NCBI GenBank assembly: GCA_943704425.1
Contig: CALSCP010002154.1
Location: forward strand, 1 to 64,000
DNA length: 64,000 nucleotides
Reading direction: 5' to 3'
Source: Ministeria vibrans ATCC 50519
Lineage: Eukaryota; Protista; Filasterea
Shown one piece after another: positions 48,387 through 61,275 of this stretch (positions within the stretch are counted from its first letter, which is position 1; each line of letters opens with the position of its first letter). A program made the position numbers and the translations under genes. Below the pieces are notes generated by a model, which was not told the origin of the DNA, did no database searches, and saw nothing but the letters and a program-made list of their open reading frames with translations.

Positions 48387-51300
48387 TCAAATCACGGAGC
48401 CAAGGACTCCGCTTCCGCTGCGGTAGATCAGAACATCGCCGTAATTTTCGGCGCCAGCCCAATCGTTCCAGACGCGTCCAATTAGAAGCGCCTGGTGGGA
48501 ATGAGAAGAGTCGAGAGTGTGCAGACGACGGCGGAGTTCTGCTGCGGAAATGACGGTCTCACCGTCACGAAAGGCAGACAGCTTGGGACCGAGTGCTTCC
48601 CAGAGAAGCTCAGTCATTCGTGTTTGACTGTCGTCATCAGTCATGAAGGCGCTAGCATCGTCCAGCGAGCTGGAGATCATCTGGCGCGCGTAGCCAACGA
48701 CCGGAGGATGAACCTGCTGCGTAATGTCGTTCTTGACCAGCGCGCCTGAGTTGCAGAAATCACAGATAATCAGGATATTGCACCCACGCCAACCAATCTC
48801 GGCATCAAGCAAACTCTGGAGCGAAAGTAAATCAAAGCGAGATGTTTTCCCGCTCGGGTTCACGCGCGCATCGCTCAAGAGTAGCCCGCCGCATTTGTCC
48901 TCGACGCCGTGCCCAATCAGCTGAACGATCAAAAGGGAGTCCTTGCCGACACCTTCGCCCATGTCCTTGGCGAGTCGCAGAGCAGCCGTGACAATCTCCC
49001 TCCGTGTCACAACGTCGTTGGCACGCGTGTCCACCACGGTGTGAACCTTGAAACCGCGTCCGCCCCACAACTGCGCCATCCTTGACACGCTCTTGCGCAC
49101 ACCGGGAAGGTCTGCGTAGAGGTGGAGTGCATCATTGTTAGTGCTTTGGTAGCGACTTACACCCACCACAAGTGCACCAGCATGCGTGTACACGCAAGGA
49201 ATGGTGCGCCCTACCAAAGAAAACAATAATATTTATTATGTAGTTTCATTATAAAGTACTTTTCTTTTGCATACCAACGCTGGTTCGACCATGATCTACA
49301 ATCCACCATTGCTCCAACGAGGCGTTAAAAAGTCGCTCGCCCTCGTGAGCGTAGGTGGCCAGGGCTGCAAAAACATTGCTCTCCAACAAGTAGCTCTGCG
49401 TTGACTTGGCCACTTTGTCGGGCGGAAAAAGAGGCGCATCTGCCTGAAACGGGTGTGCGGGTACAAATACGCAGTCGCCACGCCAACCCCATCGCAGAGA
49501 CCGTGTCTGATTGCACACTTGCTCACGAATTCGCTCTATCGTTCGCCACACATCATCGCTGTTCGTGTCGTCTGTCAGTTCAACACGCACAAACGGCTCG
49601 TTGTCAAACAGTCGAAGCTGAACAGGAACGCAATTCTTCATGATCATGACGCTTGTGCTTCGCTGCGTTGCCCGGATGAGGCAAGTGGGAAGAGACTCGC
49701 GCCAGAGTGCAACTACAATCAAGTGGAACGTGGCCAGTGACACAGGGAGCATCATGGAGCCTGTCGGCGTGTCCACATACTGATAGAGAAAAAGGTGGAC
49801 CGGATGCACGTGGGAGACGGGCTGGTGCAAAAAAGGGGCATCGTCGGGGAGAAGCATGGGAATGAGGAGACGGTCATCACGACGAAACACCAAAGAGAGG
49901 CGTTCGAGTGAGGCCAGAAAGGCGGGCACGTCGGAGATGTCAGCACCTGCCAGCAACTGGCTGCGGTCGGGCTGTGGGGCCGACTGCGCGCGCGACTTTT
50001 GTCGACGCAATCGAGGCTTGAGGCGCTCTTTGAGGGCGATTCGGCCAGGCTTCTCCATCGCATCGGGCGCACGATGCGTCATCAATTCGTTTGCACGCTT
50101 GCTCGCTGCCGTCCACACAAGCCACTCAGCTACTTCGAACGGAAAGCCAACTTCCGACATCTCTTTCGCGGCGTCCAGCTCGCGCAGAATGCGTGAAGTG
50201 CGCCTGATGTCGAGTGCCTCTCCCGCAGAAATGACTTCATCAAGCATTGCCAGAGCACGCTTGCTCTTGGAGCGTCCCCACTGAGCCATCACAACGGAGC
50301 ATAGCAGCTCAACAGCGGCCAACAGTTGAGGCACGTCAAAGATGATGACATCATCGTCGCTCACCGACACAGACGTGACGTCTGCTCGACAGACAAGGAT
50401 GTCGGCCGAACTCTCCAAGTACGGGATGAGACCATCGCGTATGGCATCATCTGACGGAAGCAGCTCGCCGAGCACAATCAGTGGTGCATCGTTGAGGGCA
50501 AGTTCGCCAAGGTTGCAGACGGGGCTCATGAGGGGAATCTTGCCGAAGCGCGTCCAGCGACCAATGAGGTCCTGTACGAACACCAGCTCTGTTGGCAGCT
50601 GGCGGTCACGTACGGCCGAGTGAAGAGCACTACTCAAGTCACGTAGGCCAATCTTTTTGGCGCTGCCGACTTGGAAAAAGCAAACGCTCTCTGTGCCCGA
50701 CGGCTTCTCGACGTGGTCGCCGAGAATAGCACCGATGCGTCGCAAAATCTCGCGGTGCGTCAGCAAGAGAAGGTCTGCTGGCACAGTGTTGTTAGGGAAC
50801 GTGTCGACGTGAGTGCCGACAAGGACAACGCGAAAATACGACATGTCAGTCGTAGGGACTTGGTGGGCGATGATGTGCGCCCACTTGGACATGTGGTCGA
50901 ACTGTTGCTGAGCAGACACGGCGTTTTTCATCTCGGATAGGTCAAAGACGATAAGATACACAGATTCGGAGCCCATGAACAAGGCTGGAAGCGAGTCAAA
51001 CATCGATTCCCCTGTGCGCGCGTGTGGTTGAGACGGAAGATAAAAAAAGACAGGGACAAAAAAGAGATAGTACAATTAAATCCAATACGAGATGTGTGCA
51101 CACAGGTCATAAACAAGCCATCTATATAAATTATAATGCATACCGGCAAAGTCGAATGTGTCCAAGTCAACGTGCTTTTCTTGCAGCTTACTCTCAAGGA
51201 GCCCTCGCGCTTGGTCCATTGTCTCGGTGAAGACGTGTGAAGGGCCGATAGGTGGCATTGAGCCGCTGCTGGATTGTTGGGAAGTCGCGCGCGAAAGGGA

Positions 51301-52921
51301 GCGATGGCCATAGGCAGTTGATGAAGGGGAGGACGTTGAGCGTGTGAGAGACTTTTGACGAGAGAGGTCACAGCTACTGACGACAATGGCAGGCGATACG
51401 CGTCGGGATAGCGGCCGCGAAACGCTTTCATCACAGCTGCTGCGACGGGTAGAGACGAGTTCGACGTCATCGTCGTTCCACACGGAATCCTCTTCAATCT
51501 CAGTCTGCTTCTCGTCCCATGTATCGCGCCGCGCCAGAGGCTGCCCCAGCCCACTGCTCTCACTAAATCTACGCTTTTCTGCGGAGATTTCCGCAGCAAT
51601 GAGACTCGCCAGATGAGACTCTTCTTGAGGAACTGCCTGAAAGTACCCTGTGTCGGGGTTGAAGACCATTCGCAGACGGTGTATACGCGTCGCCACAGAG
51701 CGGTCGTCCTCGCCGGGCAAGGCCTCACCCATCATTGCCGCCACGAGCGCACTTTTTCCTGCCATTGGCGCGCCAAGGAAAAGCAGCTTGATCGATTTGG
51801 AGACGACTGAACCACGAGACAGGGCCGCCGTGAACGCCAGATGGTATGCAAGCGCCCTGTTTTCGTGAGGGGAAAAAATAACAAAAAAGAAGAGGAGGAA
51901 AATAAGAAGAAAGTTATGTAGTGTTCCGTCACTGTCCATGTACAAGCTGTAGTTCATGTAGAATGTGTATCCTTACGGAATATTGGTCCATGTGAAGGAA
52001 GAGCCGTTTTCGCAGTGCGCAATGAGCGCTTTCGTGGTCTTCTTAAACTCCAATTTGGTCACGACACTAAGTACGTGTTCAAGTTAAAAAAAAAGGAATT
52101 AATAAGAAAGAGCAATAGACGTAAGTAGAATGCAAAAGAGTAAGTAATGATAATTACTCTGTAAGAGGAGAGTCATGGCATACCTGGCGCAATCGGTGAG
52201 GGTCGTGATTTGCGATCCATGTACAAGGGTCCACACTTTGATTGTGTGATCATACGAGCAAGAGAAAAAGGTGACACCATCTCCCATAATGCAGACTCGA
52301 CGAGCAGCGCTGCAGTGATAAAGCAAAACAGTAATAATTATTTAGAATTAAATATTGTATGTTATGTGGAATATTGGGTCATACTCGGTGTGCGCGGCAA
52401 AAGAGCGAAGGCATGCGCCAGTTTGAATGTCCCACACTTTGACTGTCTCGTCAAGTGACCCGCTGACCACGCCTGCCTCTTCTGTTGGCGTAAACACTGC
52501 ACATCGCACTCCTCTACGTATGCGCAGTCAAAAGTCAATAAGTGTCTCATATGTATCTATGTGTGTGCGCATGTGTGTACATATGCGTATTAATTATTGT
52601 GAGTGATATTAATACTCGCGTAATTAATAATTATTATTATTATTATAATTATTATATTTTGGGTGTACGCGTGAGTGTGTAAACATCATGCCGTGCGTTT
52701 TTGTGTGCAAAAGAGAGACAGTGTATACATGTAAAAGAATTAATTATCACTAGTAATTCTTCGTTACTTTGTATGACCGACGAAAGACTTTGTGCACTCG
52801 CCAGACTCGACAGACCACAGCTTCACTGTCATGTCGTCTGATGCACTCAATATGTTCAGTCCATTGTGATCAAATACGCACGACCAGATCCACCTAACAC
52901 AAGCAAGAAAACGGTTATATG

Positions 52922-52964
<43 letters not shown>

Positions 52965-53938
52965 GTTATTATTATTATTATTATTATTATAATTATTTTA
53001 GCAGTACGAGTTGTGGCCGCTCAATGTCATCACGCACACGCCCAAATCAATGTCCCACAGTTTCATAGTGCAGTCATTCGAGGCGCTGAGCACTTTTGTC
53101 TGGTCTGGAGAGAGTGCCACGTCCCAAATCTCACTGTCGCAAAAAAGAATGCAATGGGATGTATGGCAAAACAAACAAATTGCGACTCTTTTGTGTACCC
53201 TTCATGGCCTTCGAATGATGACAGACATTCGCCCGTGCGGAGGTCCCATATTTTCACAGTCTTGTCGTACGAGCCGCTTGCAGCCCGAGTGCCATCGGGA
53301 AAGAGAACGCCGCAACCAACGCTTCTAGGGGAAGAATAGCAGTCAACGAGACACCGTTCACCGAACGTACGCGTTCACCCAACTCTCGCGGCGTAACGTA
53401 CTGGCTGTGGCCATGAAGCGTCACGCAGCAAGCGCCACTCTCAAAGTCCCACACTTTCAAAGTTTCATCTCGAGAAGCACTCAATATGGTGTTGCCCGTG
53501 GTAGAGATGTCGACGGAGAAGATAGGCCTACGGAAAAAGAAAAAAAAGCAAAGCGGAAGTGGGTGGGTGAAAGCTTTATTGTCCACGTAAAAACATACCC
53601 GTGGTGTCCTGTGAGCGACCGAACACACTGAAAGTCCTTTACAGACCAGATCTTTACTTCTCTGTTGGCGCCGCCGCTGACTAGCCACTCTTCATCGGCG
53701 CTGAGCGCGACGTCGAATATCGCAGCTGAGTCGTGCAAAACCTCAAGCGGACAGCCGATCTCGCTACTGCCACCACTTTCTGGGCTAAACAAGACAACAT
53801 CTGACTTGTTACTGTAAGCTAAAACGTCTTCGTCAATGCGAACAAACGGCATTTGAAAAAAAAAATAAAACATTTAGACAACAAATCTATAATCATAGTA
53901 AACAATTAATATGTGGCGTTACTTGCTTGTTTGGCCAT
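48387..53938 (-). CDS. Roco protein: WD40 repeats - Roc GTPase - COR - caspase/metacaspase-like (peptidase C14) domain; multi-exon; start uncertain (53852 or 53938)
   Basis: WD40 exons (LVSGGANREVKIWS, ILSASRDETLKVWD, YDKTVKIWD, SCSYDHTIKVW). P-loop KLLFLGAPMAGKS, DFAG|ESMF..LF..SVYLIVFDLS, VVLVGTHVD, VGSAKKIGL. COR-like LERLSLVF..LLIPMLLP. In-frame intron 49274-49211 into ALVVGVSRY..LIGHG..IICDFCNSG. Confidence 0.75.
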
Positions 53939-54230
53939 CGGTCAAACCATCTGCTCTCTCAATACTTCTTAAACTTGTATCTGAGTAATTTCCCGTGCCT
54001 CAAAAATGAATCTGAGCTCTTTGTGTTGTGCTTTTTTTGCATTGCAGTTGAAAATGTAAAAATTTAACAATTTGCCTAAACACTGCACAAAAACAAAATC
54101 ACGGCACGAATGGCAGGAGCTGTGATCCGGCTCAGAACATACACGCATATCACTACGTCTTTGCATACATGACGCTTCTAACCTCCTCGCTCACTTGCAT
54201 GACAGACACAGAAAACAAAAACGCTACAAT

Positions 54231-56577
54231 TCATTTTTCATCCTCCTCCTCCTCCTCCTCGCCACTATCACTGTCGGGCGTCTGGAGCCACACAAGAAAC
54301 TTGTTGACCTTGAAAAGGGCCGTCGTCTTGCCGGGGTACGTGTCGTTAAGGTCGTCGCGCCACAGCAGGTAGGCCTCTTCGTCGCACACGTCAAAGTCGT
54401 ACAGGTAGACGAACGCTCGATGGATCAATCCTATCAGGTTGTGTAGGTATGAAAAGTGAGTGTTGTGTTGTGTTGTGTTTTCGTTGAATCGGCTCGGCTT
54501 TGAATACCTTCGGGGAAAGACTGCTCGTGACAAATAACCTGCAAGGCGTAGACGAGAAGCATTTGCAGCGGAGGGGTCTTCAAGAAGAAGCGCAAGAGCG
54601 GGGCGACACGTTGGAAGCGAGCCTTCTCGGCAGCAGTCGTTGCTGGGGCCGGAGGGTTCGAGGGAAGGGCAAAGCGAAGCACTTCAGAGGAGACAATGTA
54701 CAGAAAATCGGTTGAGCTGCGCGTCGTTTCGTCAAATGTCATCTATTAAGGAAAAAAAAAAGCGATAAAAAAAAAAAACGAAAAACAACACAAGAATTGA
54801 GCATGCAAAGATACAACAACAAAAAAAAAAATGTCGGCTTTTACCTTGATCCATTTGGCGACATCTTCGAGTGGCGATTCGGGCAGAAGCGGTGAGAGCT
54901 TGTCGCGCAGTTGCATGCGAATGGCGGGCCAGGGGAAGAGCTCAGAGAGAGAGTGCTGGGCGACCCAGGCAGCCTCCTGCGCGTGCGTGTCGGGAGGTGA
55001 CTCGGGGAAGAGCGAGGCACGTTGGATGCGCCATGATGCTGTAAGAGTGCGCGCTTGCGCTAGGGACACACGCGAGAGAAATACACCGACAGCAGTGCGG
55101 GTGTCGGAACCGGTGAACAGGGCAAAGAATTGCGCAAGTGCCGCGTTGGTGTTGGGTGCTTTGGCGTCGCTGTCGGGCAGACGCACCGCCACGTCAACAA
55201 GGAGAGCCGGCAGTGTACGGTCCACTTGAGGCACATCGAGTCGAATATCGGCGAGTGCCTCGACGCTTGTCTTGACGGCGTCCACCACAACATCCATGCT
55301 CATAAGCGCTGGTCGGGTAGAGCGTGGCTGCGGGGGGGACTGTGCCGGCGACTGTGCGGCACGTCCACTGCGGTTGTCATGCGGATTCAAAGGCGCCGCA
55401 CTACTGCCCCCACCGCGACCGCCAGGCGGACTCGCAGTTTTCTTCCAGCCCTTCTTCTTCTTGCGTGCGTCTCCTGAGCTTCCTCCAGCAAAATCTGCAT
55501 CGTCGTCGTCGTCATCATCTTCGCCAATGGCCGAGCGTTGAACGCAGGCGGCCAAAAGGCTGGCGGCGGCAGTGCGACTCTTGTCATCGCCCCTGTCGAT
55601 GGCACGCGAGAGGGTCATCTCAACGAGCTCCTGATGAAACTGTGGTGCGCGCAGGTCGCGCACGCATCGCAGTGCTTCGGCCGTGTCGGCGGCGCCACTG
55701 AAGAGTTCGTCGAGCAAAAGCGAGGACTTGTCGCGTACCTGTTCGGGCGTGAGAACCGGACGAGGTTCTAGCGCTGCAGCACGTTTGGCAGCGAGCATAG
55801 CAGCGGCCGTGGCGGCGGCGGCGCTTTCCGAGGCACTTTCGGGGCTCTCGAGTCGCACGCGTTCCTGCAGACTGTCGCTTTCGCGCTTGTCGACAACACC
55901 GCCTGCCTCGCGACGAATTGCATTGATGGTCTTGGCACTGGCGACCGCCCGTCGTGGCACCCACTTGTTGTCGCGCAGCTCAATGGTGTTGAGCAAGAGA
56001 AAACGGATGCGTGCAGGGAGGCGGGGGTGATCGGCGAGTCGATGCATGCGGGAGAAGTAGGCAGCCATGTGTTTCGCCGCCTTGGCGTGGTCCAGCACCT
56101 TGCCCACCGTGGCCATGAGTTGGCAGAGACAGTCAATGTCATCTTCGTTAGGGTCCTCCAGGTTGCTCAGGAGCTTTTGCACACAGTCGTGCAACACCTT
56201 TTCGCCGACCATGGAACGTTTGCCGAGTTCGCCGATGAAGCGAATATTGCCGAGCATTTTGAGGCGCAGTCGTGTCCACTGCTCGAATTCGTCCTCGTTC
56301 AGCTCGGCGCCCGTTCGCTCGCGAAACTCTTCAAAGGCGCGAGAGCGGTTGTCAAACTCTTCGCGACACTTGTGAATGAGCAGCCGTTTGAAGGTGGTTG
56401 GCTCGCCAGGCGCGAGTGAACTTGGCGCGCGGGGCATGCCTGTTTCGACGTCAAAGCAAGGCACACGCTGACTCAGATAATCGCACAGGTCAGCGTACAT
56501 GCCACTGAAGGTAGGTTCAATGAGAGCCTAAGCAGAAGAGAGATATAAAAAACAAAGTGATATAGAGGGAGAAGAAT

Positions 56578-56633
<56 letters not shown>

Positions 56634-57026
56634 GGGAGAAAGAAACAAAGTGATAGAGAGAGGAGGGAGAAAGAAACAAAGTGATAGAGAGAAACAAAAA
56701 GAAACAAGTGATAGACAAAGTAATAGAGACACAAAAAGAAACAAGTGATACTGATAGACAAAAGACAAAGTAATAGAGAGAAACAGACAAGTGATAGGAA
56801 AAAAGGAATAGAGAGAAAAAAAAAAGACAAAAAAGAGTGTCTGGAGTACCTTCTCGAAGAGCAAGACAACGACGCCACGCAGAATAGTTTCGCTCGTTAC
56901 GCCGACATGTACAAATTGGGGTGCGATCCGAGGGAATTTGTCAATGGTGAGTTTGTTGAGCAGGCTAGACAGCGGGCGGGGGGGGAGGGAGGGGGAGGGG
57001 GTCAGGCGGCGTCGCGTTCTTTCCGG

Positions 57027-57067
<41 letters not shown>

Positions 57068-57382
57068 GCAGTGCGGTACCTTCGAACGTTGCGAAACACA
57101 TGTTCATCGCTGCTGGCCGTCTCCTCCGTCCGCAACGCACTAGGAGACACCCATGGAGCGTCGCTCGAATGGAGCTTCACTGCCGAATGCTGATGCGAAA
57201 CAAGACAGAGAAGGAAAAAACGAAAAAAAAAAAAATGAGCGCCAAGAGGAAAAATGAAAGAACATGAAGAAAAGGGCAATCGGAGAGAGGCGTTGAAGGA
57301 ACGAGTGGAAGTCACTTACGGTGCCGCGGCTGCGGTAGGAGGAAGAACGACCGTGCGGTGCGTCTGCTCCTTTATACGACAG
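54231..57382 (-). CDS. EIF4G2: eIF4G2/DAP5/NAT1-type initiation factor (MIF4G - MA3 - W2, short N-terminus); putative CTG start
   Basis: PWVSPS..VFRNVR|SLLNKLT..VGVTSETILRGVVVLLFEK|ALIEPTFSGMYADLC. TFKRLLIHKCREEFDNR, KMLGNIRFIGELGK, LPARIRFLL, WVPRR. W2 YLLWRDDLNDTYPGKTTALFKVNKFLVWLQT plus acidic end. Confidence 0.88.
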
Positions 57383-57603
57383 TTTGAGGTCTTCTTGTTT
57401 GAAAAAAGGGGGTTTGAGGGGAAAGAGAGGCAGGCGGACACGCCAAACAGTGAGAGGGACTGGAAAGGGGGGGTGTGTCAATAGTAATTCGTGGCCAAGT
57501 AAGGCGCAAATTAATTGAAAATTGAAATTAATTTCGATCGTCGATTCGACGGCGGATTCGTGAACGTTTTTTGAACTTCTCATCTCAACTCTTTTTTTCC
57601 AAC

Positions 57604-58800
57604 ATGAATACATTGCCTCTGGAGATTAAACATGCGATTATTGCTTTGTGTGATCCCGAGTCAACTTGGGCTCTTTCGCTTGTGAGTCGAGAATGGCGTT
57701 TCGCAGTGTGTGGCGATGGATTTCGAACGCTTTCCAATACCCTCTACCAACGCGACTCTGTTCGCGCACTGGAAGTGTTGCTACGGATGAGTACACGTGA
57801 AAGTGCATGGCACACGGTGGGGCAAGTGCCGATGGCAAAGGCATCGTGGATTTTGAGGCAGGCCGGACACATAGGTGCCTTTCGTGTTGTCGAATTGATT
57901 CTGCGCTCGAGCACTCACCCGCTCCTCTTGGACTACATGAATGCTCTTGTGCGTGCCAGCAGGGTGGGTCGCGTTGATGTGGTCGACAGGCTGCTGTCGG
58001 AGCAGCGCTTTGAATTTGACGGGCTGTACGCTGCGCCATTTTTTGAAGCGGCTGCGCTGGCGGGACAGGTTGGGGTTGTTGAGCTGCTTCTGTCACACCC
58101 ACGGTTCCATGTGGACTCGCACGAATTGGATGGAGTCTTTGAGGTTGCCTGCTGCCATGGTGTTGCGGGCGTGGTGGCGTGTCTCTTGGGCGATCCAATC
58201 ATCAATAGTCTGGATAGGGTTGGTGAACACTCTGCGGCCGCCCGGGCGTTGCTTGGCGCCTGTCGATTCAACCACACGGATGTAATTGAGGTGATTCTTG
58301 TCGATGGACGTTTGGATCCATCGCTGTGTAATAATCAGCTCATGCGCTGGGCGGCCGAGCGGGGACACACTTCGATTGTTGCTCAGTTATTGGCGGACGC
58401 CCGTGTTGATCCTGGTGTAGACGACAACTATCCCTTTCGCTATGCGTGCAGCGAGGGACACCTTGCCGTTGTCAAGTTACTTCTGGGCGACCCACGCGTT
58501 GACCCGACAGCCGTCGACAACGACGCCTTTCGCGCCGCCTGTGTCAACAACCACCTTGCCACGGCGCGTGTCTTGCTTGCCGAGCCCCGTATCGATCCGA
58601 CGGCGCGACAACACTATGCCTTGCGATTTGCCAGTCTGCGCAGCCATCATTCCATGGTAAATTTACTGCTGGCTGATCGACGGATCGACGCCACAGTACT
58701 TGACTCGTATGCCTTGCGTGCGGCGCGCAGGTACGGAAGCCAACCTCAAACGGATGTGGATTGGGAAGATATCAATGACGTCTTTTGTTCAATAATGTAA
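57604..58800 (+). CDS. F-box-like plus ankyrin-repeat protein, intronless
   Basis: MNTLPLEIKHAII..LSLVSREWR, then repeats LLxDxRVDP(S/G/T)xxDNxxFRxACxxGHxxVVxLL. Confidence 0.75.
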   Translation: MNTLPLEIKHAIIALCDPESTWALSLVSREWRFAVCGDGFRTLSNTLYQRDSVRALEVLLRMSTRESAWHTVGQVPMAKASWILRQAGHIGAFRVVELILRSSTHPLLLDYMNALVRASRVGRVDVVDRLLSEQRFEFDGLYAAPFFEAAALAGQVGVVELLLSHPRFHVDSHELDGVFEVACCHGVAGVVACLLGDPIINSLDRVGEHSAAARALLGACRFNHTDVIEVILVDGRLDPSLCNNQLMRWAAERGHTSIVAQLLADARVDPGVDDNYPFRYACSEGHLAVVKLLLGDPRVDPTAVDNDAFRAACVNNHLATARVLLAEPRIDPTARQHYALRFASLRSHHSMVNLLLADRRIDATVLDSYALRAARRYGSQPQTDVDWEDINDVFCSIM

Positions 58801-59070
58801 TGAATTGTATTTGTGAAGTGAGCGCAATATCAGCGCATACGTTTCTTTCAGTCCGCTAAAAGAACCAAGGATACATGCCATGTAGCGGGCGATTTCTCGG
58901 GTATAAAATTATTATTAAAATATGTAATAAATAATAAGAATAAAACGGTGTGTGTGAAACCCATTCGATACAGTCACTAAATAGTAGAAGAAGAAGAAGA
59001 CATTTCCAATTTATTATCACAATTCACAAACGAAAAGCGACAACGCAAACAGCTCAGAACCATTTTCTAA

Positions 59071-59350
<280 letters not shown>

Positions 59351-59467
59351 TATTATTAATAATATTAATTTTTTTTATTTCATCCGTCAAGTCACGTAAC
59401 GTCCAAACTGCCTTACTCTGGATACTCAAGATAGTAGATCACTTAAAATATTTCAAGTTTCTTATCA

Positions 59468-61164
59468 ATGTCGACTACAGTGGCTGCCGCCTCTGCTGTG
59501 GCAACGGCGGCTGTGGCTACCGCTGTTGCAACAGCTTCATCGACAATTTTGCCGAGTCCGATTTTGAGCAATGCCATTCTACAGAATGTGTGGGTCTCAG
59601 TGGGCTGCGGCATCATTGGTGGCGTCTTGACCTTTCTTGGCTACAGAATATTCCGCTTGGCGGCCTTCTTTTGCGCCTTTTGCATCGTAATGGGGGACAA
59701 TAGAATCTACCTTGGTGGCCGTCGACTGACTCTCTTCGTGTAGGGCTTTGTGCTGTGGTACGTGTTCTCGCCGCACATGTTCACAACATCGATATGCTGT
59801 GGACCCAATGGAAAGGAGTGGGGTAGGGAGCAGTGGTCGTGGCACGAGACTGGAGGAGAAGACCTTTTTCAAACTATTCGGTTATTTCTTTTAGTGCATT
59901 ATTTGACGTCGTCTATTGTTGGACTTGTCTTTGGCCTTCTTGCAATGTTCCTCATTAGAGTGGGGGTTTTCATGATTGGTGCCTGTCTTGGCATTGTGAT
60001 TGCTACTATTGCAATGTCGACGCCCCTTGGTACACGAGAATGCAATTGTGTCATTTGGGGTTGTCTCTTGTTTCTCTTCCGTCTCTCCAGTCTCTCTCTC
60101 TCTCTCTCCTGTTTCTTCCGTCTCTCTCTCTATCACTGTGTTTCTCTCTCTCTCTTTCTCTATCACTTTGTTTCTCTCTCTCTCTCTATCACTTTGTTTC
60201 TCTCTCTCTCTATCACTTTGTTTCTCTCTCTCTCTCTATCACTTTGTTTCTCTCTCTCTCTATCACTTTGTTTCTTTCTCCCTCCTTTTTCTCTCTCTAT
60301 CTCTCTCTCATTATTCTCTCTTAACTCTCTCTCATTATTCTCTCTTAACTCTCTCTCTATCACACACACTCTCTCTCACTATCACTCTGTTTCTCTTCCC
60401 CCCTTCTTTCTATCACTTTGTTTTCTCCCTCACTCTCTCTCTCTGTTTTTTCAATCTCTCCTTTCTATCTCACTTTTGTTTCTTTTCCTCTTCTTTCTCT
60501 GCCTATGCTTTGACTTGTTCTTCATATGCATTTCACTCACTGCGCCCGTCTTCTTTTCTTTTGACTCTTTCCCTCCAGCAACATCGTCATTTTTCGCAAG
60601 CAATGCGGCGTACGGCACCTTCTACGCCTTGTGCGCGCTTGCGACGGGTATTGTGGCGTGTCTGCTTGAGAAGCTTACAATCATCCTTGCTACGTCCATT
60701 GGCGGTGCCTTTGCCGTGTTTCTTGCCATTGACTATTGGGTTCAGAGCAACTTTAGCAAGTCGGTTGAGATGTTTCTGCAGCGCGTTGCCGAGTCCGTCC
60801 AGGAAGGGTTTCAGTCGCGACACACAAATGTTAGTACCGTCACTCAGAATTACGCGTGGAATGGAAAAGGTATATGCAATATAGAAGAAGTGTCTTTGTC
60901 ACCCTCATAATTATTATTGTTTGCGCTTTCTCTGAAGACTTTGGGATGTGTGTTGGGTGGGCGATTCTTTCGCTGTTTGGCATCTACATCCAGTTTGTGT
61001 ATACGTCGCGGAACGTATCGCACCGCAAGACCAAGGACAAGGCGAAGAAGCTGGAGGCACAGGTGAAGGAGCAGCAGAGGGCATTGCAGAAGCAAAACGA
61101 GTTGGTTGTGCCACTGTTGGCGGCGCAGGAGCCCGATGCGATGGAGATGAGGCCCGTGACGTGA
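59468..61164 (+). CDS. TMEM198/DUF4203-like multipass membrane protein, multi-exon
   Basis: GGVLTFLGYRIFRLAAFF, GLVFGLL..RVGVFMIGACLG, IILATSIGGAFAVFLAIDYW, WAILSLFGIYIQF. Confidence 0.78.
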
Positions 61165-61275
61165 AAGTGCGTGCATGTGTGTGTGTGTGTCTTTTTTTTG
61201 TTTCAGAGGGTGTTGTACAGTGTATTTATTCTGATTTACTTCAAGTGAGAGAGAGAGAGAGTGTGTGTGTGTGGG

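Noticed and set aside
59750-60910. 386-aa ORF with a long Leu/Ser segment as a novel membrane domain
   Set aside because: Read-through of a stop-free (TC)n intron within the TMEM198-like gene.
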